Shown: piece by piece, positions 17,592 through 27,446 of the stretch
Position numbering within the stretch: position 1 is the stretch's first letter
Layout: every line of letters begins with the position of its first letter
Assembly (NCBI GenBank): GCA_964633895.1
Contig: CAZWIK010000007.1
Location: forward strand, 104 to 64,103
DNA length: 64,000 bases
From: an uncultured Enterobacteriaceae bacterium
GTDB lineage: Bacteria > Verrucomicrobiota > Verrucomicrobiia > Opitutales > UBA953
Direction of reading: 5' to 3'
Translations under genes and position numbers: made by a program
Notes under the pieces: generated by a model
Seen by the model: the letters and a program-made list of their open reading frames with translations, nothing else
Databases searched by the model: none
What the model was told of the DNA's origin: nothing

Positions 17592-18593
17592 ATGAGAACA
17601 CCAACACCGTCTGTTTACATTCGCGGCATGGGCGTTTACATGCCGGAACGCCGTTTGACCAACGCGGATCTCGAGCGTCTTGTCGAAACGTCCGACGAAT
17701 GGATTCGCACGCGCACGGGAATCGTCGAACGGCGAATCGCCGCGCCAGAAGAAGCCACTTCCGATCTCGCCGCGAAAGCCGCGGAAAAGGCGATCATCGA
17801 CGCGGGAATTTCCAAAGAGGACATCGACCTCGTCATCGTCGCCACGGTAACGGCGGATCAGACGTTCCCGTCCACCGCCTGCCACGTTCAGGCGAAACTG
17901 GGACTGCGCACGGACATTCCCGCGTTCGACATGATCGCCGCGTGTTCCGGCTTCATTTACATGATGCAGGTGGCGAACCACATGCTCCGCGCGGGCGATT
18001 ACAAAAACGTGCTCATCATCGCGGCGGAAAAGCTTTCCTCGATCGTAAACTGGGAAGACCGTAGCACGTGCGTGCTTTTCGGCGACGGCGCGGCGGCGTA
18101 TGTTCTGACGAAGTGCAACGAGCCCTACGTCGGCATTCTCGGGAACATTCTCGGCGCGGACGGCTCGCAGGGCGAGCTACTCACGCTTCCCGCAGGCGGC
18201 AGCCTCAATCCGGCGAGCTACGAAACGGTGCGCAACAAAGAGCATTGCCTGCAGATGCAGGGCAATCAGGTTTTCAAAATCGCCGTGCGCACGATGTCGG
18301 ACTGCTGCACGCGTCTGCTCGAAAAATGCAATATTACCGCGGATCAGATCAAGTGCGTGATTCCGCATCAGGCGAATCTGCGCATCATCGACGCGGTCGC
18401 GCGCCAGATCAAGGTTCCGCTGGAAAAATTCTGTATCAACATGGAAAAGACCGGCAACACGTCCGCCTGCTCGATTCCCATCTGCATGGAAGAATCTTAC
18501 CGCGCGGGCAAATTCGGTCCCGGCGACCTTATTCTGCTTACGGCGTTCGGCGGCGGCTTCACTTGGGGCGCGACGCTGATCCGCTGGAAATGA
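17592..18593 (+). CDS. fabH: 3-oxoacyl-ACP synthase III
   Basis: AACSGF, FGDGAAA, IPHQANLRI and GNTSACS catalytic motifs. Confidence 0.96.
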   Translation: MRTPTPSVYIRGMGVYMPERRLTNADLERLVETSDEWIRTRTGIVERRIAAPEEATSDLAAKAAEKAIIDAGISKEDIDLVIVATVTADQTFPSTACHVQAKLGLRTDIPAFDMIAACSGFIYMMQVANHMLRAGDYKNVLIIAAEKLSSIVNWEDRSTCVLFGDGAAAYVLTKCNEPYVGILGNILGADGSQGELLTLPAGGSLNPASYETVRNKEHCLQMQGNQVFKIAVRTMSDCCTRLLEKCNITADQIKCVIPHQANLRIIDAVARQIKVPLEKFCINMEKTGNTSACSIPICMEESYRAGKFGPGDLILLTAFGGGFTWGATLIRWK

Positions 18594-18621
18594 TCGCGGC
18601 TTGATCCCCGCGGGAACGCCC

Positions 18622-19992
18622 ATGCCTTTCGGAAAAAAGTTTTTTCGGAAAAAACGGACGCCGGTTTCGGCGTTTCGCGTCGCGGGAGTGCTGTGTTCTG
18701 TCGGATTTTGTTTCGGTTGCGCGTCGCAGCCGGCGTTCCCGCTGGATTTCGCGCAGACCGTTCCCGCGGGAACGGAAACTTTGGACTCGCGGGAAGCGTT
18801 GCGCCGCGCGGTCGACGAAACCGTCGCCGCGTGCGCGGAAGCCGCTTCGCTTCCGAAAGACGTTTTCGCTTCGGAGAATCTCGGCGTTTACGCGGATTAT
18901 CTCATCGACGGCGCGGTGGGAAAAGGGCTTTCCACGGATGAGGCGAAACTGCCGATTTCGGCGTTGTTGCTCGCGTTCGCGCACGAAAAAAGAGGTTCGC
19001 TTTCCCGTGCGCTGACCGCGTTTTCCGAAGTCGTCTACGCGTTCCCGGACACGAATTTCGCGGCGGAGGCGCTTTATCGGCAAGGCGAAATTTATTCGCG
19101 CCGCCGCCAGTTCGAAGCTGCGTTCGACTGTTTTTCCGCGCTTGAAGATTCGTATCCGGCGTCCCCGCGCGCGGGAGACGCCGTCGTGCAGGCATATCTC
19201 GTCACGGGAATGGTTCGCGCGGGTGTGCGTCCGCTGAAAGGCGGTTGGCTTCCGTGGCTGAAAGACCGCACTTCCGCGCTGAAATTTTACGATCGACTTT
19301 ATGAAATGGCGCCGCACGAGGCGATTTCGCCGATGCTGCTTCACCGCAAGGGCGAGCTTGCGTTCGAGATTTCGAGCCACTGGTTCTCGTTCGACAAGAC
19401 GCTTGACGCGATCGACGCGTTCGAGCGTCTGATCAGCGTTTATCCGGAATCCGAACTCGTTCCCGACGCGTATCTGAAACTTGCCCGCACGTATGAATCC
19501 GGCTCCGTCGGTCCCGACTGGGATCAGCTTTCCGCCCGCCGCGCCATCAATTACTACACGGATTTTTATTCGCTTTATCCGGAGCATCCGCAGGCGGAAG
19601 CCGCTTACGAAAAAACCGTGGAGCTGACGAATCTGCTTGCGGCGAACCGGCTGACCATCGGCGATTTTTATTATTCTCGGCACAACAATCTGCGCGCCGC
19701 GTTCACGTTTTACAACGAAGCCGTGACGATCGCGCCGGATTCTCCCGCGGCAGCCGCCGCGCGGGAACGCATCGAGCGCATTCGGCGCGGCGAACGCTCG
19801 GAGCGCAATTTCGTGGATTGGCTTTTCGGGCGCTATCGAAATTACGACGCGATGGATTATCTCGACGCGCCGTCGCTTCGTCCGCTCGACGAAATGGGCT
19901 TCCGCAGCGGGAACGGCGAACAGTCGGACGCGGATTCCGCCGCCGCGCGGCGGACGGACGCCGATCTACCCGGAAACATAAACGACAACTAA
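18622..19992 (+). CDS. bamD: Outer membrane assembly lipoprotein BamD-like (TPR)
   Basis: Lipobox-like CFGC, TPR-like repeats, AIDAFERLISVYPES and LAANRLTIGDFY; adjacent to lptE. Confidence 0.75.
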   Translation: MPFGKKFFRKKRTPVSAFRVAGVLCSVGFCFGCASQPAFPLDFAQTVPAGTETLDSREALRRAVDETVAACAEAASLPKDVFASENLGVYADYLIDGAVGKGLSTDEAKLPISALLLAFAHEKRGSLSRALTAFSEVVYAFPDTNFAAEALYRQGEIYSRRRQFEAAFDCFSALEDSYPASPRAGDAVVQAYLVTGMVRAGVRPLKGGWLPWLKDRTSALKFYDRLYEMAPHEAISPMLLHRKGELAFEISSHWFSFDKTLDAIDAFERLISVYPESELVPDAYLKLARTYESGSVGPDWDQLSARRAINYYTDFYSLYPEHPQAEAAYEKTVELTNLLAANRLTIGDFYYSRHNNLRAAFTFYNEAVTIAPDSPAAAAARERIERIRRGERSERNFVDWLFGRYRNYDAMDYLDAPSLRPLDEMGFRSGNGEQSDADSAAARRTDADLPGNINDN

Positions 19993-20001
19993 TTTCCAGC
20001 C

Positions 20002-20523
20002 ATGAATTTCTTTTCGAAATTTCGCAAAACGATATTCGCTTCCGCGCTTCTTCTTGCGGCGGGAACACTCGCGGGCTGCGGCTACAAGCTCGGCGGCTTG
20101 GGCGAAATGCCTTTTTCCACGATTGAAATCAGCCCGATCGTGAACGACGCGGATCTGCCGCAGGCGCAGGCGACGCTCGCGCGCGACATCGCGGACACGC
20201 TGAACCGCGAGCCGCGTCTGCACACGGTCGTCGAAGGCGGCGAGGCGGAACTGCGGATCGTCATCAAAGATTACAGCCGAAGCATCACGGCGAAAGCGGC
20301 GCGGGATTCCGTTCTCGCGAGCACGCAGAAGCTGACGCTGAAACTTTCCTGCTCGCTCGTGAACACGCGCACGGGAAAATTTTATTTTCGCGACCGCCCC
20401 GTTTCCGTTTCGACGGAAGTCTACACGGGAACGTCTCCCGGGCTCGGCGAGCCGCAATCGTTTCCCGTGCTTTCCCGCGAGGCGGCGAGAAAAGTCCGCG
20501 ACATGATCGCGAGCGTCTGGTGA
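20002..20523 (+). CDS. lptE: LPS assembly lipoprotein LptE
   Basis: Lipobox LAGC followed by GYKLG; size and position fit LptE. Confidence 0.8.
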   Translation: MNFFSKFRKTIFASALLLAAGTLAGCGYKLGGLGEMPFSTIEISPIVNDADLPQAQATLARDIADTLNREPRLHTVVEGGEAELRIVIKDYSRSITAKAARDSVLASTQKLTLKLSCSLVNTRTGKFYFRDRPVSVSTEVYTGTSPGLGEPQSFPVLSREAARKVRDMIASVW

Positions 20524-20608
20524 GCCTCGGCGTTCCCGCGCGGGAACGGACGGGCGAAAGGCTTTGCGTTCCCGCGGGGCGAACGATATTTTCTTTTTTC
20601 GGAAAAAA

Positions 20609-21259
20609 ATGAAGATATCGCTGAAAAATTATCGCCACGTCGTCTGGGACTGGAACGGAACGCTTCTCGACGACCTCTGGCTGTGCATGGAATCGCTGGA
20701 TCTGCTTCTGGCGCGCGCGGGAAAGCCGTCGATCGACGCGGAAACGTATCGGCGCATCTTCAATTTTCCAGTGATCGACGTTTATCGTTCGCTCGGCTTC
20801 GACACGTCGCGGAAATCATTCGAGGCGATGAGTCGCGATTTCATGGCGCATTACGAAGCGAAACGCCTTGAATGCACGTTGCAGAAAGGCGCGCGTCGGT
20901 TCATTCACGCCGTCTGCGCACTCGGAATCGCGCAGTCCGTGCTTTCCGCCTATCGGCATGACCGGCTGACTTCAATTATCGCCGAACACGATCTGGAAAA
21001 ATATTTCGTTCATTTGAGCGGGAACGACGACATTTACGCGAACGACAAATCTTACCGCGCTCCCGGGCATTTGAAGCGGCTCGGCGTTCCCGCAGCCGAA
21101 GTGCTTTACGTCGGCGACACGCTTCACGACGTCGAAACCGCCCGCGCGATGGGCGTGCAGTGCGTGCTGATCGACCACGGCGCGAGCGCGCACCAGTCGC
21201 GGGAACGCTTGCTCGCGTCCGGCGTTCCCGTGATTTCCGACTACGCGGAACTGCTTTGA
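20609..21259 (+). CDS. HAD family hydrolase (phosphoglycolate phosphatase-like)
   Basis: WDWNGTLLDD motif I and YVGDTLHD motif IV. Confidence 0.88.
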   Translation: MKISLKNYRHVVWDWNGTLLDDLWLCMESLDLLLARAGKPSIDAETYRRIFNFPVIDVYRSLGFDTSRKSFEAMSRDFMAHYEAKRLECTLQKGARRFIHAVCALGIAQSVLSAYRHDRLTSIIAEHDLEKYFVHLSGNDDIYANDKSYRAPGHLKRLGVPAAEVLYVGDTLHDVETARAMGVQCVLIDHGASAHQSRERLLASGVPVISDYAELL

Positions 21260-21320
21260 CCGTTCCCGCGCCGCCGCAAATCCATTGAGAAATTCGCGTC
21301 CGCGTGATAAGCTCATACCC

Positions 21321-22514
21321 ATGAATTTTGTTTTTATATCGCCGCAGTTTCCGCGGACGTATTGGAATTTCTGCGACAGGCTGAAAAAAAACGGCGCGAA
21401 CGTGCTCGGCGTCGGGGACGCTCCGTATGACGCGCTCCCGCCGGAAACGCGCGCGTCGCTCACGGAATATTACCGCGTGAACAGCCTTGAAAACTACGAC
21501 GAGGTCTTTCGCGCCATCGCGTTTTTTTCGTTCAAGTTCGGAAAAATCGACTGGATCGAATCGAACAACGAGCACTGGCTTGAACAGGACGCCCGCTTGC
21601 GCACGGATTTCAACGTGACGACGGGTGTCGGCATCGACGAGATCACCGGCTACAAAAGCAAATCCGCGATGAAGGCGTTTTACGCGCGCGGCGGCGTTCC
21701 GACGGCGCGTTATTGCCGCGTGACGAGCGTTCCCGCGGCGGAAGCGTTCACGCGGGAAGTCGGCTTTCCCGTCGTCGTCAAGCCAGACATCGGCGTCGGC
21801 GCGGCGGACACGTGGGCGCTGCACGACGCGCGGGAACTTCGCGCGTTTTTCGAAAAACTGCCGCCCATCCCGTATATCATGGAGGAATTCGTGCACGGGA
21901 ACATTTTTTCTTACGACGCGATCACGGACGCGAACTGCAACATTCTGTTCGAGTCGATGACGGCGTGGCCGCCGTCGATCATGGACATCGTGAATCTCGA
22001 TCTGGATCTCGCGTATTACGTGAGTCGGGACATTCCGGACGCGCTGAAAGTCCTCGGACGGAAAACGGTCTCGGCGTTCAACGTGCGCCGCCGTTTCGTG
22101 CATCTGGAATTTTTCCGTCTGACGGAAACGCGCGCGGGCTTGGGCGAAGTCGGCGATTTCGTCGCACTCGAAGTCAACATGCGGCCGGCGGGCGGCTACA
22201 CGCCCGACATGATGAATTTTGCGCACAGCATCGACGTGTATCAGATTTGGGCGGACATGGTCTGCTTCGGCGACCGGCGCGTTCCCGCGGGCGACAGGGA
22301 ATATTTTTGCGTTTACGCCAGCCGCAAGGACGGCAAGCGCTATGTCCGGACGCATGAGGAAATTCTCGAACGCTACGGGAAGAACATCGTGATGTGCGAA
22401 CGCATGCCGGAACTGATGGTGCGCACGATGGGCAATCAGATGTATACGGCGAAGCTGGATTCTGCGGAGGAAACGGAGGCGTTCATTCGCTTCGTTCACG
22501 AGCAGCGCGACTGA
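21321..22514 (+). CDS. ATP-grasp domain protein (uncharacterised carboxylate-amine ligase family)
   Basis: PVVVKPDIGVGA, MEEFVHG, HLEFF and LEVNMRPAGG. Confidence 0.85.
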   Translation: MNFVFISPQFPRTYWNFCDRLKKNGANVLGVGDAPYDALPPETRASLTEYYRVNSLENYDEVFRAIAFFSFKFGKIDWIESNNEHWLEQDARLRTDFNVTTGVGIDEITGYKSKSAMKAFYARGGVPTARYCRVTSVPAAEAFTREVGFPVVVKPDIGVGAADTWALHDARELRAFFEKLPPIPYIMEEFVHGNIFSYDAITDANCNILFESMTAWPPSIMDIVNLDLDLAYYVSRDIPDALKVLGRKTVSAFNVRRRFVHLEFFRLTETRAGLGEVGDFVALEVNMRPAGGYTPDMMNFAHSIDVYQIWADMVCFGDRRVPAGDREYFCVYASRKDGKRYVRTHEEILERYGKNIVMCERMPELMVRTMGNQMYTAKLDSAEETEAFIRFVHEQRD

Positions 22515-22552
22515 TTTTTTTTTGAAAATTCCGAAAACCGCGAAAATTATTC

Positions 22553-23296
22553 ATGGAACAGCAATTCCGCAAAGCATACAGCCGTTGCCTGCAGCGGGAA
22601 ATGGAATACAAGGTTTACGGGAACGCCGGAAAAATCTGCCTCGCGTTCCCGCCGCAGAACGGACGGTTTTTCGATTTCGAAAATTTCGGCATGGTCGAGG
22701 CTCTCGCGCCGGAAATCGAAGGCGGACGCGTCCAGCTCGTCTGCGTCGACGGAATCGACGGCGAAACGTGGTCGAACAAGGAGCGCTCGCCGCGGGAACG
22801 CATCGAGAGGCACGAGGCGTGGTTCCACTACGTCGCGGAAGAGCTCGTTCCCGCCGTCAAGGCAGAAAACCCGCGATGCGCGCGCCTGATGACGACCGGT
22901 TGCAGCATGGGCGGATTTCACGCCGCAAATTTCTTTTTCCGCCTGCCGCAGATTTTCGACGTCGTGATTGCGCTGAGCGGACTTTATCACGCCGGATTCT
23001 TTTTCGGCGATTACATGGACGATCTGGTTTATCTCAATTCGCCCGTCGATTGTCTGCCGAACATGCCGCAGGATCATCCTTACATGAAACTTTTCCGCGG
23101 AAGCCACATGATTTTCTGCGTCGGGCAGGGCGCGTGGGAAGACGCGCTGCTCGACAGCACGCGGCGGCTCGACGGCGTGCTCCGCGCGAAAGGCATTCCC
23201 GCGTGGTTCGATTATTGGGGAAAAGACGTGAATCACGATTGGGACTGGTGGCGGAAACAGATCCGCTACTTCATCGAACGCGTTCCGCTCGACTGA
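22553..23296 (+). CDS. Esterase family (alpha/beta hydrolase) protein
   Basis: Nucleophile elbow GCSMGG and WGKDVNHDWDWW. Confidence 0.85.
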   Translation: MEQQFRKAYSRCLQREMEYKVYGNAGKICLAFPPQNGRFFDFENFGMVEALAPEIEGGRVQLVCVDGIDGETWSNKERSPRERIERHEAWFHYVAEELVPAVKAENPRCARLMTTGCSMGGFHAANFFFRLPQIFDVVIALSGLYHAGFFFGDYMDDLVYLNSPVDCLPNMPQDHPYMKLFRGSHMIFCVGQGAWEDALLDSTRRLDGVLRAKGIPAWFDYWGKDVNHDWDWWRKQIRYFIERVPLD

Positions 23297-23364
23297 CCGG
23301 ATTTCTTTTTTTTGCGGAACGCGCGGCGTTTTTCGGGCGTTCCCGCGAGCGAGGAAAAAATCAA

Positions 23365-24378
23365 ATGAGTTTTCAAAGTTTCAAAAATGGATTGCGGATG
23401 CGGCGGCTGAGGGCGAACGAGAGCGTCCGCGCGATGGTCGCCGAAAACGTCGTTTTGCCAGAGCAGCTGATTCTGCCCGTCTTTCTGACGGAGGGCGACG
23501 CGAACGAGCCCGTCGGTTCGATGCCCGGCGTCGAGCGGCTGACGATTCCCGCGCTGGTCGACAAATGCCGCGAACTGGCGGAACTCGGCGTGCGCGGAAT
23601 CGCGCCGTTTCCGAAGACGCCCGACGCGAAAAAAACGCCGCGCGGCGAAGAATCGGCGAATCCGGACTGTCTGGTCTGCCGGGCGATACGCGCCGTTAAG
23701 GAGAGCGTTCCCGAAATGCTCGTCTTCGCGGATATCGCGCTCGACCCTTACACGACGCACGGACACGACGGCGTGCTGAACGCCGCGGGAACGGACGTGG
23801 ACAACGACGCGACCGTCGAAAGCCTCGTGCGCATGGCGCTGAACAACGCGTCGGCGGGCGCAGATTTCGTCGCGCCGTCGGACATGATGGACGGGCGCAT
23901 CGCGAGCATTCGCGCCGCGCTGGACGCGTCCGGTTTCGGGCGCGTCGGCATTCTCGCGTATTCGGCGAAATACGCGTCCGCGTTTTACGGTCCATTCCGC
24001 GACGCCGTCGGCAGCCGAAAGCGCGGCGGGAACGTTACCGGACTGACGAAAAAAACGTATCAGCTTTCTCCCGCGAACCGCCGCGAAGCGATTCGTGAAG
24101 CGGCGCTGGACGAAGCGGAATGCGCGGACATGGTGATGGTCAAGCCCGCGTTGCCGTATCTCGACATCGTGCGCGACGTGCGGGAACGCACGCTGCTGCC
24201 AGTCGCCGCGTATCAGGTTTCCGGCGAATATTCGCAGATTCGCGCGGCGGCGCAGCTCGGATTTCTCGACGGAAAAGCCGTGCGCGACGAATCTCTGCTT
24301 GCAATCCGCCGCGCGGGAGCGGATATAATTCTCACCTATTTCGCAGAAGAATATGCCAGAGATTTCCGCTGTCGATAA
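23365..24378 (+). CDS. hemB: Porphobilinogen synthase
   Basis: DIALDPYTTHGHDG, APSDMMDGR, FYGPFRDA and MVKPALPYLD. Confidence 0.96.
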   Translation: MSFQSFKNGLRMRRLRANESVRAMVAENVVLPEQLILPVFLTEGDANEPVGSMPGVERLTIPALVDKCRELAELGVRGIAPFPKTPDAKKTPRGEESANPDCLVCRAIRAVKESVPEMLVFADIALDPYTTHGHDGVLNAAGTDVDNDATVESLVRMALNNASAGADFVAPSDMMDGRIASIRAALDASGFGRVGILAYSAKYASAFYGPFRDAVGSRKRGGNVTGLTKKTYQLSPANRREAIREAALDEAECADMVMVKPALPYLDIVRDVRERTLLPVAAYQVSGEYSQIRAAAQLGFLDGKAVRDESLLAIRRAGADIILTYFAEEYARDFRCR

Positions 24379-25114
24379 TGCTCCACGGAGCGTTCCCGCG
24401 CACGTCGCGTTCATCATGGACGGGAACGGTCGCTGGGCGAAGGCGCGCGGGCTGAACCGCGCCGCGGGGCATCTGCGCGGCGTGCAGACGGTGATCGACA
24501 TTACCAAAGCAGCCTTCCGCATGGGCGTGGAAACGATCACGCTCTACGCGTTCTCGACGGAAAACCGTTCGCGTCCGGAGGAAGAGATCGCCGCGCTGAT
24601 GGAGCTTTTGCGGACGTTCATCGGCGAGCGGCTCCCCGAATTGGAAAAAAACGGAATCCGGCTGCGCGTCATCGGCGATTTGTCCTGGCTGCCGGAAAAC
24701 GCGCGGACGGCGGTTTGCGACGCGATCGAACGGACGAAAAGTTTTGTCGGGAAGACGCTTGTCGTCGCGCTCAATTATTCGTCGCGCGACGAATTGCTTC
24801 GCGCGGTCGCCGCTTACGCGAAAGACGTCGCGGGCGGGCGCGTTCCCGTGGGAAAGCCGGACTGGGCGCGTTTTTCGCGCTATCTGGACACGGCGGACAT
24901 TCCCGATCCCGACCTCGTCATTCGGACGTCGGGCGAGCTGCGGCTGAGCAATTTTCTGCTTTTGCAGTCGGCGTATTCCGAGCTTTATTTCTGCAATACG
25001 CTTTGGCCGGATTTTTCGGCAGAGGATTTGAAGCGTGCCTTCGCAGATTACGCTTCGCGGGAACGCCGTTTCGGGAAGACCGGCGAGCAGATTCGCAACG
25101 GCGGCGCAGCCTGA
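24353..25114 (+). CDS. uppS: Undecaprenyl diphosphate synthase
   Basis: HVAFIMDGNGRW, YAFSTEN and IRTSGELRLSNFLL. Confidence 0.96.
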   Translation: MPEISAVDNAPRSVPAHVAFIMDGNGRWAKARGLNRAAGHLRGVQTVIDITKAAFRMGVETITLYAFSTENRSRPEEEIAALMELLRTFIGERLPELEKNGIRLRVIGDLSWLPENARTAVCDAIERTKSFVGKTLVVALNYSSRDELLRAVAAYAKDVAGGRVPVGKPDWARFSRYLDTADIPDPDLVIRTSGELRLSNFLLLQSAYSELYFCNTLWPDFSAEDLKRAFADYASRERRFGKTGEQIRNGGAA

Positions 25115-25227
25115 GAAGTTTTTCGCGGGAACGCGAAAAGCGTTGCCAAAATCCGTATCTTTGCACAGATTATTGCAACATTCATTTCCCCGTTTTAACC
25201 CCTGTCCGTATTCGCTTTCTTTTTTTT

Positions 25228-25839
25228 ATGAAAAAACGTGCATTTACTCTCATTGAAATTCTCGTCGTCATCGGCATCATCGGCATTCTCGCCTCGGTTC
25301 TGATTCCGGCTGCGGGCATGGCGAAAAACGCGGTGACGCGCTCCAAGACGAAAGCGCGTTTCAACGAATGGGTTACTGGCGTCGAACAGTATAAAACGAC
25401 TTACGGCTATTATCCGACGCTGGGGCAGAACACGTCCACTGATTCCGACGCGCATTTCAATCTCGGCGATTCGTCCAATAGCGAGGCGTTCGTGAAATCG
25501 CTCTCCGGTCGCGATCCGGAAACCGGCGACAAACTCACGGGAACGGAACGTTCCAAATACAATCGCAAGGCGACGGAATTCTGCTCGTTTTCCAGCGAAG
25601 ATTTTACGCAGAGCGACGGCTCGACCGAATACGGGAAGCTGGTTGACGGCTTCGGCAACAACAACATTCATCTCGTGATGGACACGACCGGAAACGGGCG
25701 CGTCGAAATTCCGCAACAGTATCTGCCCGACGACGCGACGGATGACGAGAAAAACGTCAAGGGCATGATGGGGCGCGTCATTATCTTCACGTCGAAAGTC
25801 GACAGCGAGGATTACGAGTCCGTTTACAGCTGGCGCTGA
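25228..25839 (+). CDS. Prepilin-type N-terminal methylation protein (GspG/major pilin-like)
   Basis: RA|FTLIEILVVIGIIGILA followed by EQYKTTYGYYP. Confidence 0.88.
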   Translation: MKKRAFTLIEILVVIGIIGILASVLIPAAGMAKNAVTRSKTKARFNEWVTGVEQYKTTYGYYPTLGQNTSTDSDAHFNLGDSSNSEAFVKSLSGRDPETGDKLTGTERSKYNRKATEFCSFSSEDFTQSDGSTEYGKLVDGFGNNNIHLVMDTTGNGRVEIPQQYLPDDATDDEKNVKGMMGRVIIFTSKVDSEDYESVYSWR

Positions 25840-25910
25840 TTTTTTTTCGCGGGAACGGAAAAGACGCGGGAACGGATTCCGAATTTTTATAATCTTTTCA
25901 GGAAAAATCT

Positions 25911-26639
25911 ATGCCACGGGAATTTTTCGGAAAACGCGCTTTCACGCTGATTGAAATTCTGACGGTGATCGCCATCATCGGCATTCTCGCCTCCGTGATC
26001 GTCGGGCTGCGCCCCGGAAATCCTCGCGGGCTTGAAGACGCGCGCAGAATCGCTTCCGCCGAATTCCGCGTCGCGCAGGCGAAAGCCGCTCTCGGCGCGA
26101 ATCCCGACCGCGATCCCGACCAGAACGCCCGATACAACATCCGTTCGGGAATCCTCATTCTCGACGATCCGGAGGACACGGAGCGGCATCTGCGCTTCAT
26201 TCAGCCGATCGTCGGCGGAACGGACAGCCTGTCGAAGACGGATTTGTCCGATTATTACTGGTATTCCGCGGGCGACGGCACGTTGCTCCCGCAGGGCGTT
26301 TTTTTTGTGGCGCCGGACGAATCCGGCGTCAGCGTGCGGAGCGTCATTCAGCCGATCGAGGGTTCTTCCCAGGTGACGATCGATCCGGATCTCCGTTCGG
26401 GAGGGCAACGTTTTGGCTCCGGCTCGAAAAAATGGTATCTCTATCTTTTCGATTCGAACGGTCAGACCTATATGACCAAGGCAGTTTTTATGATGGCGGA
26501 AGGGCGAATGGATCCGTCGAAGAAATCCGTCGATTTCGGCGACGATCCGTTCGTTTCCGGTTTCGTCGTTCACCGCAGCGGCGCGTTGTCGTTCACGCGC
26601 GACGACGAGGAAGCGAAGGCGGCGATGCAGGACGACTGA
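25911..26639 (+). CDS. Prepilin-type protein (Verru_Chthon cassette D-like)
   Basis: RA|FTLIEILTVIAIIGILA. Confidence 0.8.
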   Translation: MPREFFGKRAFTLIEILTVIAIIGILASVIVGLRPGNPRGLEDARRIASAEFRVAQAKAALGANPDRDPDQNARYNIRSGILILDDPEDTERHLRFIQPIVGGTDSLSKTDLSDYYWYSAGDGTLLPQGVFFVAPDESGVSVRSVIQPIEGSSQVTIDPDLRSGGQRFGSGSKKWYLYLFDSNGQTYMTKAVFMMAEGRMDPSKKSVDFGDDPFVSGFVVHRSGALSFTRDDEEAKAAMQDD

Positions 26640-26685
26640 CGCGTTTTTCCCGCATTCCCGCAGCAGAATTTTCACCCATTTTCTT

Positions 26686-27396
26686 TTGACGATGAGCATT
26701 TTCAGAAAAAACATACGTTCCCGCAGGAGGGGCTTCAGTCTGGTGGAAGTCCTGCTCGCGCTCGCGGTTCTGGGCATCGCGATGCTTTCCGTGATGGGAC
26801 TGCTGAACGCGACGTTCGAGACCGTTTCCAGAAACGTGATGACGCGGCAGGCGCTCGGCGTTTATTCCTGCTTGGACCGCGCGCTTTCGTCCGTGTCGTC
26901 CGTGATTCGTTCGGACGGTTCCGCTTACGTTTCCGAGTCGCAGATGACGAAGAGTTCGTTCGATTACGTTTACGATTGGGTGCATTCGAAGACGGGGAAA
27001 AACTGGGACGACGCGGTGTTTCTCGTGTGCGTTTCCCGCCGCTTGAACGCGTCGGACGATTCTTCGCCGCAACAGCTTCTTCAGATCGTCAAATGCGACA
27101 GCTCTTCGGGAACGCCGTCGCAGACCGAACTTAACGACTTGGACGCGGAAGGACCGACGTATTTCATGCGCGTTTATCTTTCGCCGCAGCTGGAAGGGCG
27201 CTACGTCGAAATGAACGCCAAAGGGGAAGTGCAACCCACGCAGTATTCCGTCGGCGACTCCCTGCCGTCGTCCGCCGATTATTACGCGCTCCCGTATCTT
27301 CCGCTCACGGTGGATATTTATCCGTTCACGCCCGGCAGCGCGAAAACCGAGGATCAGATTCCGGTGCTGACGCAATTTTTGGTGCTTTCCCGCTGA
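26686..27396 (+). CDS. Prepilin-type protein (Verru_Chthon cassette B-like)
   Basis: RG|FSLVEVLLALAVLGIAML. Confidence 0.8.
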   Translation: MTMSIFRKNIRSRRRGFSLVEVLLALAVLGIAMLSVMGLLNATFETVSRNVMTRQALGVYSCLDRALSSVSSVIRSDGSAYVSESQMTKSSFDYVYDWVHSKTGKNWDDAVFLVCVSRRLNASDDSSPQQLLQIVKCDSSSGTPSQTELNDLDAEGPTYFMRVYLSPQLEGRYVEMNAKGEVQPTQYSVGDSLPSSADYYALPYLPLTVDIYPFTPGSAKTEDQIPVLTQFLVLSR

Positions 27397-27446
27397 GACC
27401 GCGGGAACGGAAAAAAAACAATTCGGACACACGCGAGGTTCCCGCA

